Shown in pieces: positions 1 through 13,964 of a DNA stretch of 64,000 nt. The notes beneath the pieces are model-generated. The model made no database searches. It saw only the letters and a program-made list of their open reading frames with translations, and had not been told where the DNA came from. Numbering within the stretch: position 1 is the stretch's first letter; every line of letters begins with the position of its first letter. Source of the DNA: Adineta vaga (taxonomy: Eukaryota > Animalia > Rotifera); assembly GCA_021613535.1 (NCBI GenBank), contig CP075493.1, forward strand, positions 13,330,001 through 13,394,000, written 5' to 3'. Made by a program: the position numbers and the translations under genes.

Positions 1-774
1 TATGATATGCATCAACCAATGAGGATATGTTGCGTAACATGAAGCAATAATATTGTTCGTTACAATTCTTCCCTCAAATGTCAATGGAGCATAAGCATAA
101 TCATCAACATTCGTACTTTCTCGTATTTCAATCACCTTAACCATTTGATGAAGTAAAGTGGAATAAACAAAGTCTCCTGCTGAAACGTCACGAGCAAAAC
201 GATACTGTTCGCTTTCGTCATGAGATCTACGCACAAGTATGGAATGTGTTGGTGTTAGACGAAGTGGATGGCTTCGATTTTCATTACAATGTATTTCCAT
301 AAATGATATCGATGAACGATAATGACGAAAAATTGCTAATACAGCACTTGATTTGTGAGAATCGATACGAACTTGTTCTCCTACTCGTAGATTGTGCAAA
401 GGAACTTGAATCCCACTTTCAAGTGTGACCATCGTTTTTGAAGAGAAACATGGTGTAGTTGTAGTTCTAGCTGTTGTTGTAGTAGTAGTAGTAGTAGTTG
501 TTGTTGTAGTTGTTGTGCTAAAGACGGATTTGATCATATTAAACACTAGACCAAATAGCGTTATTAGCAAAATTGATAGTAACACAATACACAAAAGACG
601 TCTTATGAAGATCTTCGATCTTTCAGATTGTTCACGCTGTTGTATGTTTTGTGGATAAATGCCGACGGTTGTATTGGCATATTCTGTTTGAGGATGATTA
701 TCAGATATACAATCGTTTCGAATTAAAGGTGTGTATTCCTCTTTTTGTCGGATATTCGGTAATCGACGAATATT
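1..774 (-). CDS. TM + Thr-rich linker + Hedgehog-type Hint (Hog) exon, open to the window edge
   Basis: After a TTTCAG acceptor the frame reads NIRRLPN...KIFIRRLLCIVLLSILLITLFGLVF (TM), poly-T, PCFSSKTMVTL (Hint block A), LRLTPTHS (block B TxxH), then continues towards the window edge. Confidence 0.85.
472..516 (-). repeat. ACN trinucleotide run encoding 15 Thr
   Basis: The (GTA/GTT)n run on the + strand is in frame with the Hint exon. Confidence 0.9.
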
Positions 775-1056
775 CTGAAAAAAGAATGATTTCATATAAC
801 ACATTGGTGGAAAACGCCCAAAGTCATCTTTTCAGGATTATGGAATTTTGAAAAGAATAGTGATGATGGAGATTACTACTGTTTATCTTTAGTCCCTTAT
901 GTGTCAGTTCTTGCTTTCATGCAAAGATATTTTTCGGTGCGATAAAAACATTCTTATACAAAACACAATACTTACAGTTGTGAAAATCATGTCATCCTCA
1001 CTATCATCATCGCTGAATGGACGATTCAATGATGTTTTTAATCCATTGTTTTCAAT

Positions 1057-1467
1057 TTAACGACAAGGTCGTCCCAAATCACGACACTTCTGACACAAAC
1101 TTTCATTATGTGTTCCATTTGGATTCATAGCATTCAATACATTCTTATATTGTGATTTGTGCCTGTCAATACATTTTTGATCTTCCCAGTCACCAGGATC
1201 TCGTGGGTGAATTAACACCGATGAATTGCAGTTTTCGCACGATAACCCTAAATCGGAATGACATGAATGCCACATCATGTGACAATCGTCACAAATATAG
1301 ACGAAATTCTTGGAAAGATTCGTTGGATAAACTAATGTATTACATTGTTTACAATTTTGACCATGATTGTCCCATGCTTTGGTACTCTTCCATCGTCGTC
1401 CACAATGAGAACATTGGAAATTTCCATACTGTGGACGAGTTTTAAGAAGTGTATCATTCGTAAGCAT
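1057..1467 (-). CDS. 3CxxC-type zinc finger protein (ZAR1/RTP/ZCCHC24-like); this copy has TAA directly after the finger
   Basis: YGNFQCSHCGRRWKS..AW...GQNCKQC...P...HNESLCQKCRDLGRPCR. TAA at 1057-1059 replaces the GAA found in the other copy. Confidence 0.8.
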   Translation of the reverse strand: MLTNDTLLKTRPQYGNFQCSHCGRRWKSTKAWDNHGQNCKQCNTLVYPTNLSKNFVYICDDCHMMWHSCHSDLGLSCENCNSSVLIHPRDPGDWEDQKCIDRHKSQYKNVLNAMNPNGTHNESLCQKCRDLGRPCR

Positions 1468-2113
1468 TGCTTGTTGTTTTTCTTTCAAACGCGTGGTTGT
1501 ACTTACCGTTCACGATGTGAGCACAAGTTAGACTGCGTGACAAACGAAGAACATTTTCGTAAGCTGTACGGTTCGATAAAGAAAAAAGAAAAGCAAAATA
1601 TTGGAGAAAACATGGTAGAATGGGAAAAGAAAGAAAAAAAAGTGTTAACAGAACGTGAGACAAAATATAGAAAGAAAGATTGTCAGAATAGATGACACAT
1701 GTACTATTATACACGAAGTATTTTTCATCTGTAAAATCATCAGATGAATAAATATCAAAAATTTGATTCCACCTCAAACTATGTATTTGGATAATAATAC
1801 GAATAAAACTCTTTTTCTTTTTTCCTATTTGTGAGTTACAGATAGATTAATCTTTCCATCCGTACTTTTCTCTACCATTCAACCACAAAAAAGGAATGAA
1901 AAGAAAAAACAGAACGTCGACACATTTTTATACAGATTTATATTTTACTAGATTCATATGAATCTATTGATATTCTAGCATCGAGTAAACAGTATTAAGA
2001 AACTATCATAGTGCGTGCTTAAACAAATACTATGCTCGATTAACTTTTATTCATAGCGGTTCATAGTTTGATTTCAATTATATAAAAAGTAAGACGACGT
2101 TCATGATTGCTTT

Positions 2114-3567
2114 TTAGGCGATTTCGAACCTTTGAATTCGATTATTTGATCTATCAGCAACGTATAAATATTTTTCATCATTATCCATAGTAACAGTCGT
2201 TGGACTTTTGAGAAGAAATGGACTATTACCAGCTGTACCATCACAGGCACCTTTACAGAAATAGAAGACAAGTTATAGTATATAGAAGATAAGATAGATG
2301 AATCATTTTCTATTCATTACCTGCGATGGTTATTCCTTCAGAACAACCGAGACACCATCGTACAATTCGATTATTGGTTGTATCTGCTATATAGAGTGTC
2401 TGATTTTTTTTTGAAAGATAAATTCCACATGGGCCATTCAGTTGCCTAATTAATAATATAGAAAGAATATTTTATTTAGTTCATCTATCTTTTGAAACTT
2501 ACGTTGGTCCAATGCCAGCACTATTGCCTCCAGCTACAATCGTACCATTGGTTGAACCAAATGAGAATCGAAGAACTCGATGATTGAATGTATCTGCTAC
2601 ATAATAAACTCCTTCCGATTCATCCAAAACAATATCTTGTGGCTTAAATAGATGTTGAGTACCGTTACCTGATACATTCTGTTTCACCAGCTATCACCAC
2701 ACCCAAAGTAATGTTTGCCGCCCAAAACATAATACGGTTATAACTAGTGTCGGCAACGTAAAAGTTACCGTTTGAATCCAGAGTAAAAGATCCGGATTTG
2801 CCGAATTGTGTCAAATTTGCGCCACATGAAGGACTGAATAGAATGCTTTTTGTCAACGAACCATTATAATATCGTGTCATCTGACAACGATCACAATCAA
2901 TAACATACAAATTCAAGTAAGAACTATCGAAATACGCTCTTCGAGAATACAAACTCCCACTACTAGGTGCTACTTTTTTGCCGGTGGTTGCATTCGTAGA
3001 TACATAAAGTACTCGGTTATTCGTATTATCTGCAATCAACATCGAATTATCACTGTTGATGGTAATACCCCAAGGTGCGTTTAAAGTAGACAGTGAACTA
3101 CCTGCAGTTCCATTTTCAAGTCCAAATACTGTTGTACCCATGAGATATGGATACACTAAAATAAAAAAAGGTGACAGTAGATGAAAGTTTTGTTTCTCTT
3201 TCTTACCTGATATACAAACCGGAGCCGTTGTCACATCAGAACTATCAGTAGTTGATTGTTCAGTCTCTTTCGGTAATGATGGTAATTGAAAAAAGTAAAA
3301 TGTACTATTTCGATCAATCATCCATGAATAGTTCACATGAGTCAAAGATAAGTTGGAAAAAAATTCACAAGTATTATTGGAAAAGGAATTGAATGCAGAT
3401 ATATTTGTTGATGATATCATTACGCAAACACATTCTTGACTTGTACCATTCATCACAGTTACAGATGAAGAAATCGAAGGAAGACTAAGAAAAACATTCG
3501 ATATCATTCCAACTTGAATAGTATGAACATCATGTAGAATAAAACTTAGAATCAACCAATATTTCAT
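2114..3567 (-). CDS. Secreted NHL-repeat beta-propeller protein with N-terminal Cys (PAN/apple-like) module; apparent frameshift near 2680
   Basis: Signal peptide and NHL motifs (LNAPWGI..IADNTNNRV; YVADTFNHRV; LYIADTTNNRI; LYVADRSNNRIQRF). Introns at 3156-3206, about 2447-2502 and about 2255-2320. Frame change at IAGET/NVSGNG. Confidence 0.85.
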
Positions 3568-4063
3568 TTGTTAAAATGAATTTTTGTTGTATAAAATGTA
3601 AATTGAAGACAAGATGAATATTATATAGTATAAGAACTTTTCTTTTCTTTTATTGTCAATTAAAATAAGTGTGATGAAAATTTATGCCCACATAAGAAAA
3701 GAGAAAAGATACAGAGCTATTAAACTGTCATTTACAGTTTAGAGAAAAACTATTCTATTCAGTGCTATCTATCGAAACAAGTATTTATGATGGGAAAAAT
3801 AGAGTTATTAGTATATATTTTCTTGCTATCGAATCGGTGCAAACCATTTTATAAATAATCATAAATTCTGCTTGAAGATGTTCCATTATGTTTTTGAAAT
3901 AAGCATTAGTGTAGGCATGAATCTTAAAGAAAGTAATAACGACTCATATTGTTCATCTCAAGATTGCATCCATCAAAAAGAGTTCATTTGAATATAACAA
4001 TTGGAAAATAGGTGAGAGTAAAAAAGTAAAAGCATATATTATGTTCATCATATTTTTCATGAC

Positions 4064-5142
4064 TCAATTTTTTATATAAAGATCGTATTCCAAAGAGCGC
4101 ATAAATTCGCTTTTGAACTCGTATTTAATATCGACATTGAATGCAATAAAAAATGGTGATGCTCCAAAACGTTGAATTTTTTCGAAACCATTATTTCTAA
4201 TATCTCGTGTCCACCAATGAAGATGAAGAAAGATCCGATTCAATTTATTGTTTGATGCCAATGTAAGTTTCCACCAATTTGGACTAAGGAATTTGTCGCG
4301 ATTAGCATAGCAATCATTAAAACGAATATGAAAATTGAATGCACATAGATTAGGACAGCAGGGTAAGAAAAGTTCCAAAAATGTGCTCGAAGTTTCTTTT
4401 TCGTAAAAATTATCTTCGCCTAAATGAAGTTTTTTCAGTAATGGAAGACCTATTCGAATTCGATCAGGTAATACTACTACATTTTCTTCTGATGGATAAT
4501 TGTATAGTATTGAGGAAAAGGAATGAAGGTGAGTGCATTGATTCAATAGTTGAATAGCCAAATGAAAAGGAAGTTTATTCACGTGCACATGACGAAGAAA
4601 TGGAAAATTAAATGTACAAATATTTTCGGTAATTTGTACTTCTTGTTCAAATACATTTCCATGCAGATGTAAATGTTGAAGAAAAGGGCAATATTGTCGA
4701 AAAATAATCGTTGTAAACTCGTTCGTACATCTGCAATTCTCATCATAATTACCATCAATAATGAAGGATTTAAGAGTCGAAAATGAACGAAAATATTTTG
4801 CAATATTCAATGATTCATCGTATGGATAATCATATGTTAATCGAAAATGTTGAAGTTGTTTGAATTCATCTAAAGGAAATTCCTATAGCAATTAACAATT
4901 TCACAATAGAATATTTTTTAGGAGATATAATTTACTTTAAAACACAAATAAATTCTGTCTGATTGATTAATTAAATAACTTGAATACACTGAAAGAATTT
5001 TAATACACATAAGTAGTTGATTGATTCGTTTATTTAAACCATAGAATGTCGAAAAAAGATTGATCCAATCAAGATAATCAAACATTTCCAGCCAAATTTC
5101 ATTCGCTAAATCTTCAATACTCGATCGTCTTTCGACTGACAT
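4064..5142 (-). CDS. F-box/LRR-like protein (2 exons)
   Basis: The N-terminal SSIEDLANEIWLEMFDYL...FYGLNKRINQLL is F-box-like. The second exon has LxxLxL repeats (LQHLHL, LRHVHV, LKKLHL). Confidence 0.75.
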
Positions 5143-5517
5143 TGTTTTTCTCAATCAAATATCTGCAAGTATGAAATATGGAATAAACCAACATAGGCGA
5201 TACACTCTCGACGGTTGGTAATTCTCTGCTGCTTTTATATTTTTCATATAATTGGAATCTACATAAGACGTCAACAGTGTGCAAGAAGAAAAATTCGTCT
5301 GTAGAATTTTACAATCGAAGGTATGAGTCTTTTAGAGGAGTGAGAACAAAAGAAAATATTTCAGCAAGATATACAAAAACATGTGCATCATCTTAACGCT
5401 ATCAAAGGCAAATATTGACGTCTAACAGAATTAGAGATCGTATTCGAGTAATTCTCAATTTAAAAAGAAAACAGACATTTTATTGAATAAATTCAAACAG
5501 TAATGCAAAACAGAGAA

Positions 5518-5955
5518 TTAACCATATTTAAAAATGAAGGATAAAGCAACAATCACGATCCATTTTGAAAATAAAGGATGAATTGTAGATAAATCACCAT
5601 TGTTGATTCCTTGTTTATTACATAAATCCGTTTTACAACATGTCATGTTCATATAGACAGTTGTCTGATTCTGCATCATCCAACAAGCATCTGTCGTTGT
5701 CAACGAATAAATCCATTTTGTAACCTTATAATAGTTTTCAAGCATATTGCATTTCTTTGTGTTGTCATTGCATACATATCGACAGCTAGAACAAATGCAA
5801 CCTGTAGTAGCGTTACATAGAGTAGGATCAATAGATAAATCCATGGTGCCCACAAAAGCACGACCACTTCTTGAAACGACAGTTGAGTAGCATCTAAGGG
5901 AATAAATATATGGAATAATAATGATTAAAGTAACAATATGATAGACTGAAAACAT
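5518..5955 (-). CDS. Ly6/uPAR (three-finger)-like, probably GPI-anchored protein
   Basis: Signal peptide, LRCY start, CCKTDLCN end motif and a hydrophobic C-terminal tail. Confidence 0.75.
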   Translation of the reverse strand: MFSVYHIVTLIIIIPYIYSLRCYSTVVSRSGRAFVGTMDLSIDPTLCNATTGCICSSCRYVCNDNTKKCNMLENYYKVTKWIYSLTTTDACWMMQNQTTVYMNMTCCKTDLCNKQGINNGDLSTIHPLFSKWIVIVALSFIFKYG

Positions 5956-7230
5956 TTTTGTTGCGTATAGTGAATGCAATAAACAGAAATATTCATCTAC
6001 ATGTTATATGATTTAATTATTAATTGTGTTATGCTTCAGTTCTTTGATGAGAAAGAAAAAACGATCGCCCACGAAAATGAATGTGTAATTATGGCACGTG
6101 AAGTATATTTTACTGTTTACATTCGAAAAAGCTAGAAAATATCAATACTCATTAAACATCATTTATATAATAATGAAAAATGCAATGAACAATTGTATTC
6201 AAGACACAAATATACGCACATGGTTTTTCTTATCAATATTAAATGTTATTCATTTGCAATCAGATTCAATCTTAGTTTTTTTTGCGTATAATTTCACCGT
6301 AAACTAACCATGAAGAAGAAAATAGTGCTAAATGTTATAAGAGAGCTGACGCAATTTTCACACTCGCTCAAAGCATACGATACTTTACGTAGCGATCAGT
6401 CCAAGAAATAAAAATTCTCTATTATCATCTAGACGTCCATAACACTCCTCACAATATGTGATTCTCTAAAGGAAAGAGTTTCAGGTCATAATGTTCTGAT
6501 TCATTTTTTCTGGTATTTAAAGAAACACTTCCTAGTAGGAAACTATTAGAAATCTATCGGAAATATATCAATACACACTTCATACTCCGCGCCTCTTTCC
6601 TCCTTTTTGTTGTGGCTATGCTGTTGTAAAGTATTCCTTTGAATTATATTAGAAATAACAGAGAAAGACATCGTACCGGTTATTTTTAAATGCGATCAAT
6701 TCATGAAGTTTTCTCTCGCTGCAAATATAACTTTTCTCAGAAAAATGACTGACGTGAGCATGTTTGATTCTTAAGAAGTTAAAAGAAAAAACAAATACTG
6801 TTTTGAATAACAAGAAATCATCGATAAAAGATGAAAAGAAGAAAAACCTCGTTGATGACAACAAACTAAAAGTTTGTAGATGTTGTTTTTTTTTCTTTTC
6901 TGCGAGATATGACCAAATTTAAAAGAAAAAAGGAGACATTTTCAAACAACGACAGTTATTCACTAAAAACTCGAAGTGAGTAGACGCGTTTTTGTTTTGT
7001 TTTTATATTCAGCAATGGTATATAGTCGTTAATAAACATTTCACTGCGAAATTATCTGAATATAATTACTACAAGCAACAAGCAAAAAAAGAATTCTGAA
7101 TGAAACATTTCAAACGATTTTTGTTAATAAACATATGTATTATTCTAATCTTTATTGCTATTTTTCTTGCTTACAAGAATATGAATCGAGTTTTTTAGCG
7201 ATAGTATCTAGTTTTCATTGATTTAGACAG

Positions 7231-10200
7231 ATGTCAGGAGCAACGGAGGTCGAACAATTGAAACCGTGTGTTGTGAAAATTATGGAATTAGTTAAAGAAT
7301 GCTTGGATAAGGTCAAGTCAACGACTACAACCGATGATAAACATTTTCAAAATTCTCTGTTAAATAATAACATTTATACTTTCACATTAAATAATGAAGA
7401 AATCAATCTGTTGGATAAATTAACATATGATATTCAAACTGCAATCATTCATTTCCTACCACATTTATCATCAAATTGTATTAGTTATTTATTCGATTTT
7501 CTTCATACTTATCATTACGATTCGAAACAAAAGAAATTCATATCATCATTATCAATAGATTTTTTACATTCATTTCTTTATGAATTAAAAGGTTTATTAT
7601 CCGCACCATTGGCATTTACAGCTGCCTTTGATGGTCGAATTGATATTGTAAAAAGTTTTCTCAAAGAATATCCAACATATAAAGATAAGTCAGGCTTATG
7701 GGAAACAACATTATTATATTCCGCTGCACGAAATAACCATTTCGATCTTGTAAGATATCTTATTGAAGAAGCATATTGTTCTGTTAATGCACAAAATCAA
7801 TGTGATGTAGATTTTGCCTTAGCAACAGGAAATCCGCAAACGTATAAACCTCGACCAACGGCTGGTTCCACAGCTCTTCATGGTGCTTGTTTTAATAAAC
7901 ATTTGACTGTTGTTAAATATCTTACTGAACATGGAGCTGATTATTTCATTCGTAATCAAGCTCTTGAAACTCCTATACAAAATGGTGAACAAAAGCCTGA
8001 AATAAAGAAGTTCTTTCAAGATTATCTCATTCTTTCTTATACGGATCAACCACCACCAGCAATATTACCTGATCGACCAATTCTAGATGATGAACAACGT
8101 CCACTATGTAATTGTATGTGGGAATATAAACCGTTTCAAGATCCTAAATGGTATAAATTTACATATGCAGAAGCAATGGAATTACATAAAGTTTTATTAC
8201 CTTCAAAAGAATTTCAACCGCAAGTTTATTTAAATCCAAGCAAAGGACTTTATAGCGTGTCAATGGTTGAATTTCTTCGATCTGGAAGACATCAAGATGA
8301 TCCACAAAAGAATATGGCTTGGATTCGTTGTCGTGGTTCAAGTATTCTGAATTTTGATTGCTTTGCCATTTGGCAACTTATGCTTATTCAACATGAACAA
8401 GTCGATAAAGATACAAAAACATTTCCATCATTAAAAATCTCACAATTTCCCAATATGTTTAATAGTCGTTTTAAACTTCAATTAAATACTTGGTATCAAT
8501 GTGATTCTAAGACAAGTTCACTCATCGAAAATTCCATGAATTATCGAAGAAAAATATCTTCAATTGACATTCCATATGTTGGAAATGATTTAAAATTGAA
8601 TTTACAAACATTCGAAATTTCCAACGAGAAGAAAAGCATCTCCGGATATCTTCGTTGGATTCCACAATTGATATCAGCTAATGAAACTAATCATCAAAAG
8701 ATTGTCTATGTCGATAATTATCAACTCAATGCAAGTATTCAACCAACTCCTTTAACAACAAAACGTTTAAAAGAAGTTTCTCAAACAGATAATTCAAAAA
8801 ATCAAGATGAAAATAATGAAAATAGTTTAGATATTCTTATACCAACATTTGGAACAGGAAATGATGATGAAGATGATGATGACATTATGGAAGCTTCGAA
8901 TATTAAAATATCCGTAAGTAACGAGAGACAAAACTATCTAACATGTTTTGTTGACAAAAATTTTAGACAACATCGAAAAGTTTTGATACTTGGAGTGTAA
9001 ACGATCTTACTGAAGAAATTGCAGCGAATTCATTCCACTTGGGTCCTCGGAAAAATTCTACACAAATTCGTGAAGATTCCGAAGTATCATTCGACGATTA
9101 TTTCAATGAAAAAGTTGGAAATGTTAGTCAATTAACATTCGTTGAAAGAATAAATTCGTCTCAAAAAGATCAACTTATTATAGATTCTATTGCTAAATTA
9201 CAATCACAAATGCAAGATCCGAAATTTAAAACTGAAGTAGAACATTTATTTAAAGAAATGAAAACAATCGATTATGATAATATTGAAATGATTCTTGTTA
9301 AAAACTTTCTCTTTATTAATCTAAGATACATTATCAGTTATCTCAAAGCGAAACATCCAATCTTTAAATCTTCTCTCGATATACCGAATATTATTATTAC
9401 AGAGAAAACAAATGTTTATTGTATTTCATTTACAGGTTTGAATGTTCATCATGATGAATTCAAACGTATTCTACGACAAATGAAATTCTTATTGAATCTT
9501 ATTCAATCCGCAAAAACATACTATCAACAACAATTAAACAATACATATGAATCCATTAATCATATCATTACAAAACAGATTTATCCTTCATCCGATTGGA
9601 TATCCTATACGAAATCTTATCAAGATTTATTGAAAATGAAAATCAATGAATTTCTTCATTCATTCGATGAATATTTACTAAAAGAATCGAAATCAATCTT
9701 TGAACAAATGATAACGGAACCTTCGTTTCAAGCATGGGTTCAATTACAAAAATTAACTGATAGATATTTGAAGAAAAAACAATTAAAACCTGAATTACAA
9801 ATAATTAAACATGAAGCACTTGATCAATTCATCAAACAACATGTTCTATCCGAACGATCGAAATTTGAAACGAAACCAACAACAAAATCTTTACAAACAA
9901 TGGTGGAATTTATTGATAAAACCAAAAAACAATTTCAAACAAATCCATTGTATAATGGATGTGATCTCGAGCAATTTCGTTATATTCCAATCATATTGCA
10001 AAGAATCATCATATATTATCGATGTTTTCTTCTACAATTACCGTTATATGAATCATCAAAAGATTTATTGGACAAAATTGAAAAAAATACAGTTATTACA
10101 ATTGCAACAGCATCTGGATTAGGTAAATCAAGTTTACTACCACCATTACTCATTGCTGAAGGTTATGATAAAGTTATTGTGACACAACCTCGTCGTTTAC

Positions 10201-13200
10201 TTTGTACATCGATTTGTAATCGTGTAAATGAAACGATGACAATTAATAAGGATCAAATGAAATTGGCTGGATGGGCTGCGAATAGTGTAGAATACAATGT
10301 TAAAGGTCGAGTTTTATATTTAACAGACAGTTTATTGAAAGAACGTTTGTTGTACGATGAAAATTTTCTTACCAACGAATTGGAAGTCTCGAAATTGATC
10401 GTGTTCATTCTTGATGAAATTCATGAACAATCAATTAATATTGATCTTTGTTTAGCATTAATGATTCGTCTTCTTACAGAAAAACCACAAATTCAATCGA
10501 AAATAAAAGTGATTGTTTCATCATCAACATTAGATTCATCGATACCGAAATTAATTCTTCAATTTCCTCAAATCAAGTTCGATGAATTTCAATTACCTAC
10601 ATTAGGATCAATATATCCAATTACAAAATTTGCTCGACCAAATGAAAATATTCTCGATTTAGTCCAAGAATTATGTAAGAAACGTGAACGTGATGAACAA
10701 ATCCTATGTTTTGTTAGTAATATACTCGAAGTCTATCAATATTGTCGTCTTCTTGAAGAAATTAGTCGTGGAACAATGCGTGCATTTCCATTAATTCCAT
10801 CTCAATCAGTTCATGATCAACAACTGAATATTAAACGAGGAAATATATTCTTTGCTACACATATTGCTGAAACATCTTTAACATTTCCATCATTAACTTA
10901 TGTTATTGATACGGGAATGGTCGATATTCCGATCTATGATCTTGACAAGAAACAGACGATTACAAGGAAAATTCAAATATCACAATCAATCATTAAACAA
11001 CGAATAGGAAGACTTGGACGAACAAGACCAGGTGAATATTATTCATTGTATGAGTTTAAAGTTGATCAAAATAAATATCCCAGAGCACAAATACAACAAA
11101 TAGAATTAGTTTATCTCGAATTTTTAATAAGAAAATCGAGTATTAAACAAGGACTTTCTTATTTGAATAAATTTCTTCCAAATCCATTGAATCCACAAGC
11201 AATTACAGGAGCGATCGATGAATTAAAAAGACTAAGTAAGATAATTCATCTGCCAAGTTCTTACTTGACTTGTTCGTCTTAGATCTTCTGGATTCTCAGG
11301 AAAAATTTACAACGATAGGTATTGCTATTTCAAAATTACCTAATTTTGGTTCAATTTCCATGTCAAAATCAGTGCTTTCAGCTTTAAATGAGAATAAATG
11401 TGGTCGCGATTTAATTGTTCTTTCATCAATTTTAAATGTTTTGAGTACATCAGCGATATTAAAATCAATACCAAATTCAATGAAACGACCTGAAGGAGAT
11501 TTTATGACTTTATTAAATGTTCTAAATGAAATTCTTTTAATTAAAGAAAGTGTTCGTGCTGAACAATTTCAATTAGCAAAAGTATGTGAAGCAAAAAATC
11601 TTATGTCAATCTTACATATTCTAAAACAAGCATTGAAACGTTATGAAAATTTAGAAAAATCCTTCAATCTCTCCGATGAGTATCGAGAGAAAGCACATGT
11701 TACAAGTAATAATTGGAAGTCTATTGCCAAATCTTTATTACATGGCTATGAAGATCATGTTTTTATTTGTATGAAAGAATTATGTGGTCGAACTCATCTT
11801 TTTACTCGTTATTATTCTCTTAAAACAGATGTAGCTATTTTAGATTCTCATTCAACTTTTTCTTCTACACCTGCTTCATTAATTATTGCTCGTGATATAA
11901 GTTATTCATCAGCACTTGAAGAAAAAGCTATTCTATCATTTGTTGGAGAAATTAAATCCAATTGGATTGAATATCAATTAACAAGGGAATTACGTTTGGA
12001 AACGAAAGAAGAGGAATTCTTAACAAAAAATAATATTCTCGCAAATGTTCAACAAATATTTCCAAATGTACGAATACGTTTGAATAATCATATTTTAAAT
12101 TTAGAAGGGCTTGCTAGTGTGGTTCTTAATGCTGAACTTGACCTTTTACGACAATTAATCAGTGAAGATAGATGTAAATTCGTGAATTTCTTTAAAACCA
12201 ACGAAAAAGCTGATTATGAACGTATGCAACGAAATCTGGAAAGTGTTTCGAAAATGCCACAAATTTTTAGTTCAATGATACAACGTTGGCAAGATCAATA
12301 TCAAATGAAAATAACTGTTAATAATAATTCTTTTACTACAGAATGTGAAATCATCATTGAAGGACGACTATCAAAAATTGGACCAGTAAAAAGCGAATGT
12401 CGATCTTTTAATGGATGGTTAAAAGAATGTGCAGTTATTCGACATCCCAATGCTGGTAACAGTATACCATAATCACGTTTTATTTCTTCTTCATAGGTTT
12501 CTATTTTCATGTTTAAGGTGTTCCACCACGTATTCTTAAACCACAAATGCGTCATAATTGTCTTGATATAGAAGAGAAAATTTCGCGTGTTACTGATAGT
12601 AAACGAACATCGATGGAATTATGGAAAAGTTTAACAGGTTCAAAAGCAACACGTGAAAGTCGAATGGAAGTAGTGGCATGGATCGCTGTGTGTCAATTTG
12701 ATTGTCGATTAGAAGGTGGTTTTGTTCGTGATTGGATTGTAGGAAATCATACGGGTCGACCAAGTGGAGATCCATTATCATGGATCATATATGATAAAAA
12801 TAAATCGAATCCTCCTATTCCTGAAATGAATAAGGCATTAATTCCGTCCGATCTTGATTGTCACTTACCATTACATAAATATTTTGATATTGATCTCTTT
12901 TGTCATTATTTACGAAAATATGAAATTGATTGTAAAGTTTATCGAGGAAATTGGCGTTATGTTTTATTAATCGATGCAAATCGTAAAAGTGGAGCATTTA
13001 CAATGGATTTAATTGAACCTCATGTTGCATTAACACATGATCGGATTGATTTTGATGTTGGTGATTTATCGTTAGAAAAAGATTATACAAAAGAATTAGG
13101 TATGAGAGTTGATATACAAAATAAACCCTACTCAATTGAATTAGAAACAATTGTTGACAATATAAAAAATAAACGATTTCAAATATTACGGCCTATTGAC

Positions 13201-13915
13201 GATTTAATTAAAGAACGAATCGATAAAATGAAAAGTCGAGGCTGGACACAACGCGGACAACCATTATCAGTTATTCCAGATCCACCACAAAAATATAATG
13301 CAGTTCTTGTTCCTCTGCCAGAATCGACTGCATTATATAAATCATTAGTACAACAAATGACTTCATCTATTAGTAAATCCGTACAAGTTATCTCAATTGA
13401 ACAAATTCGAAATCCATTAGTTGAAGATGCGTATATATCAATGAAACAATTAATTCAAAAACAACGAGCAGATCAAAATCCAAATGAACGAGAATTATTT
13501 CATGGAACGAGTGGTGAAGCTATTGATGGAATATTAAATGATGGTTATGATAATCGTTATTGGGGAACAAAATATTCGAAAGGAAATTGGGGTAAGAAAA
13601 GAAACGAGAATTTCTCCAATCATAGTGGTAAATTTGATTTTCTTAGGTTATGGTGCTTATTTTGCAGAAAATCCACTCCTTTCACATGCTTTTACTTCAC
13701 CTGACCCAACAGATCAAACACGTGTTATGTATTATAATAAAGTATTATTGGGAAATGAATGGATACTTGAAAAAGTAGATAAAGATTTGATGTCTACTCC
13801 AAAAGGTTATCATTCGACGCATGGAAAGTTTCCTGGACAACCAGACTCGGATGAGTTTATTGTCTACTGTTATGGACAAGCTTTACCACATTTGAAAATA
13901 CTTTATAAAGCTTAA
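7231..13915 (+). CDS. ~2155-aa multidomain protein: ankyrin repeats, WWE-like domains, DEAH-box helicase, KH-like region, class II nucleotidyltransferase, PARP catalytic domain. Exons 7231-8913, 8967-11235, 11283-12455, 12518-13591, 13647-13915
   Basis: Five ORFs are joined in frame by four GT-AG introns (6468 nt in total). Motifs: TLLYSAARNNH/TALHGAC (ANK); WEYK...W (WWE); SGLGKS, TQPRR, DEIHE, SST, ATHIAETSLT, QRIGRLGR (helicase); GGFVRD...DLD...RIDFD (NTase); LFHGT, GYGAYFA, DEFIVY (PARP). Confidence 0.9.
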
Positions 13916-13964
13916 CTTCATTCATTTATATTTCAGAACTAAATGCTTATATGACACTTCAGTG

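Larger units (their letters stand above)
1..1808. repeat. Left arm of a long inverted duplication (partner 49215-51026); runs off the window start
   Basis: The reverse complement of 1-1808 aligns to 49215-51026 with scattered substitutions and small indels. Near-identical ORF pairs occur on opposite strands (e.g. 1057..1488- vs 49534..50118+). Confidence 0.97.

Noticed and set aside
425-658. Poly-Val ORF (also 50297-50602 on the minus strand)
   Set aside because: Antisense shadow of the poly-Thr codon run in the Hint exon.
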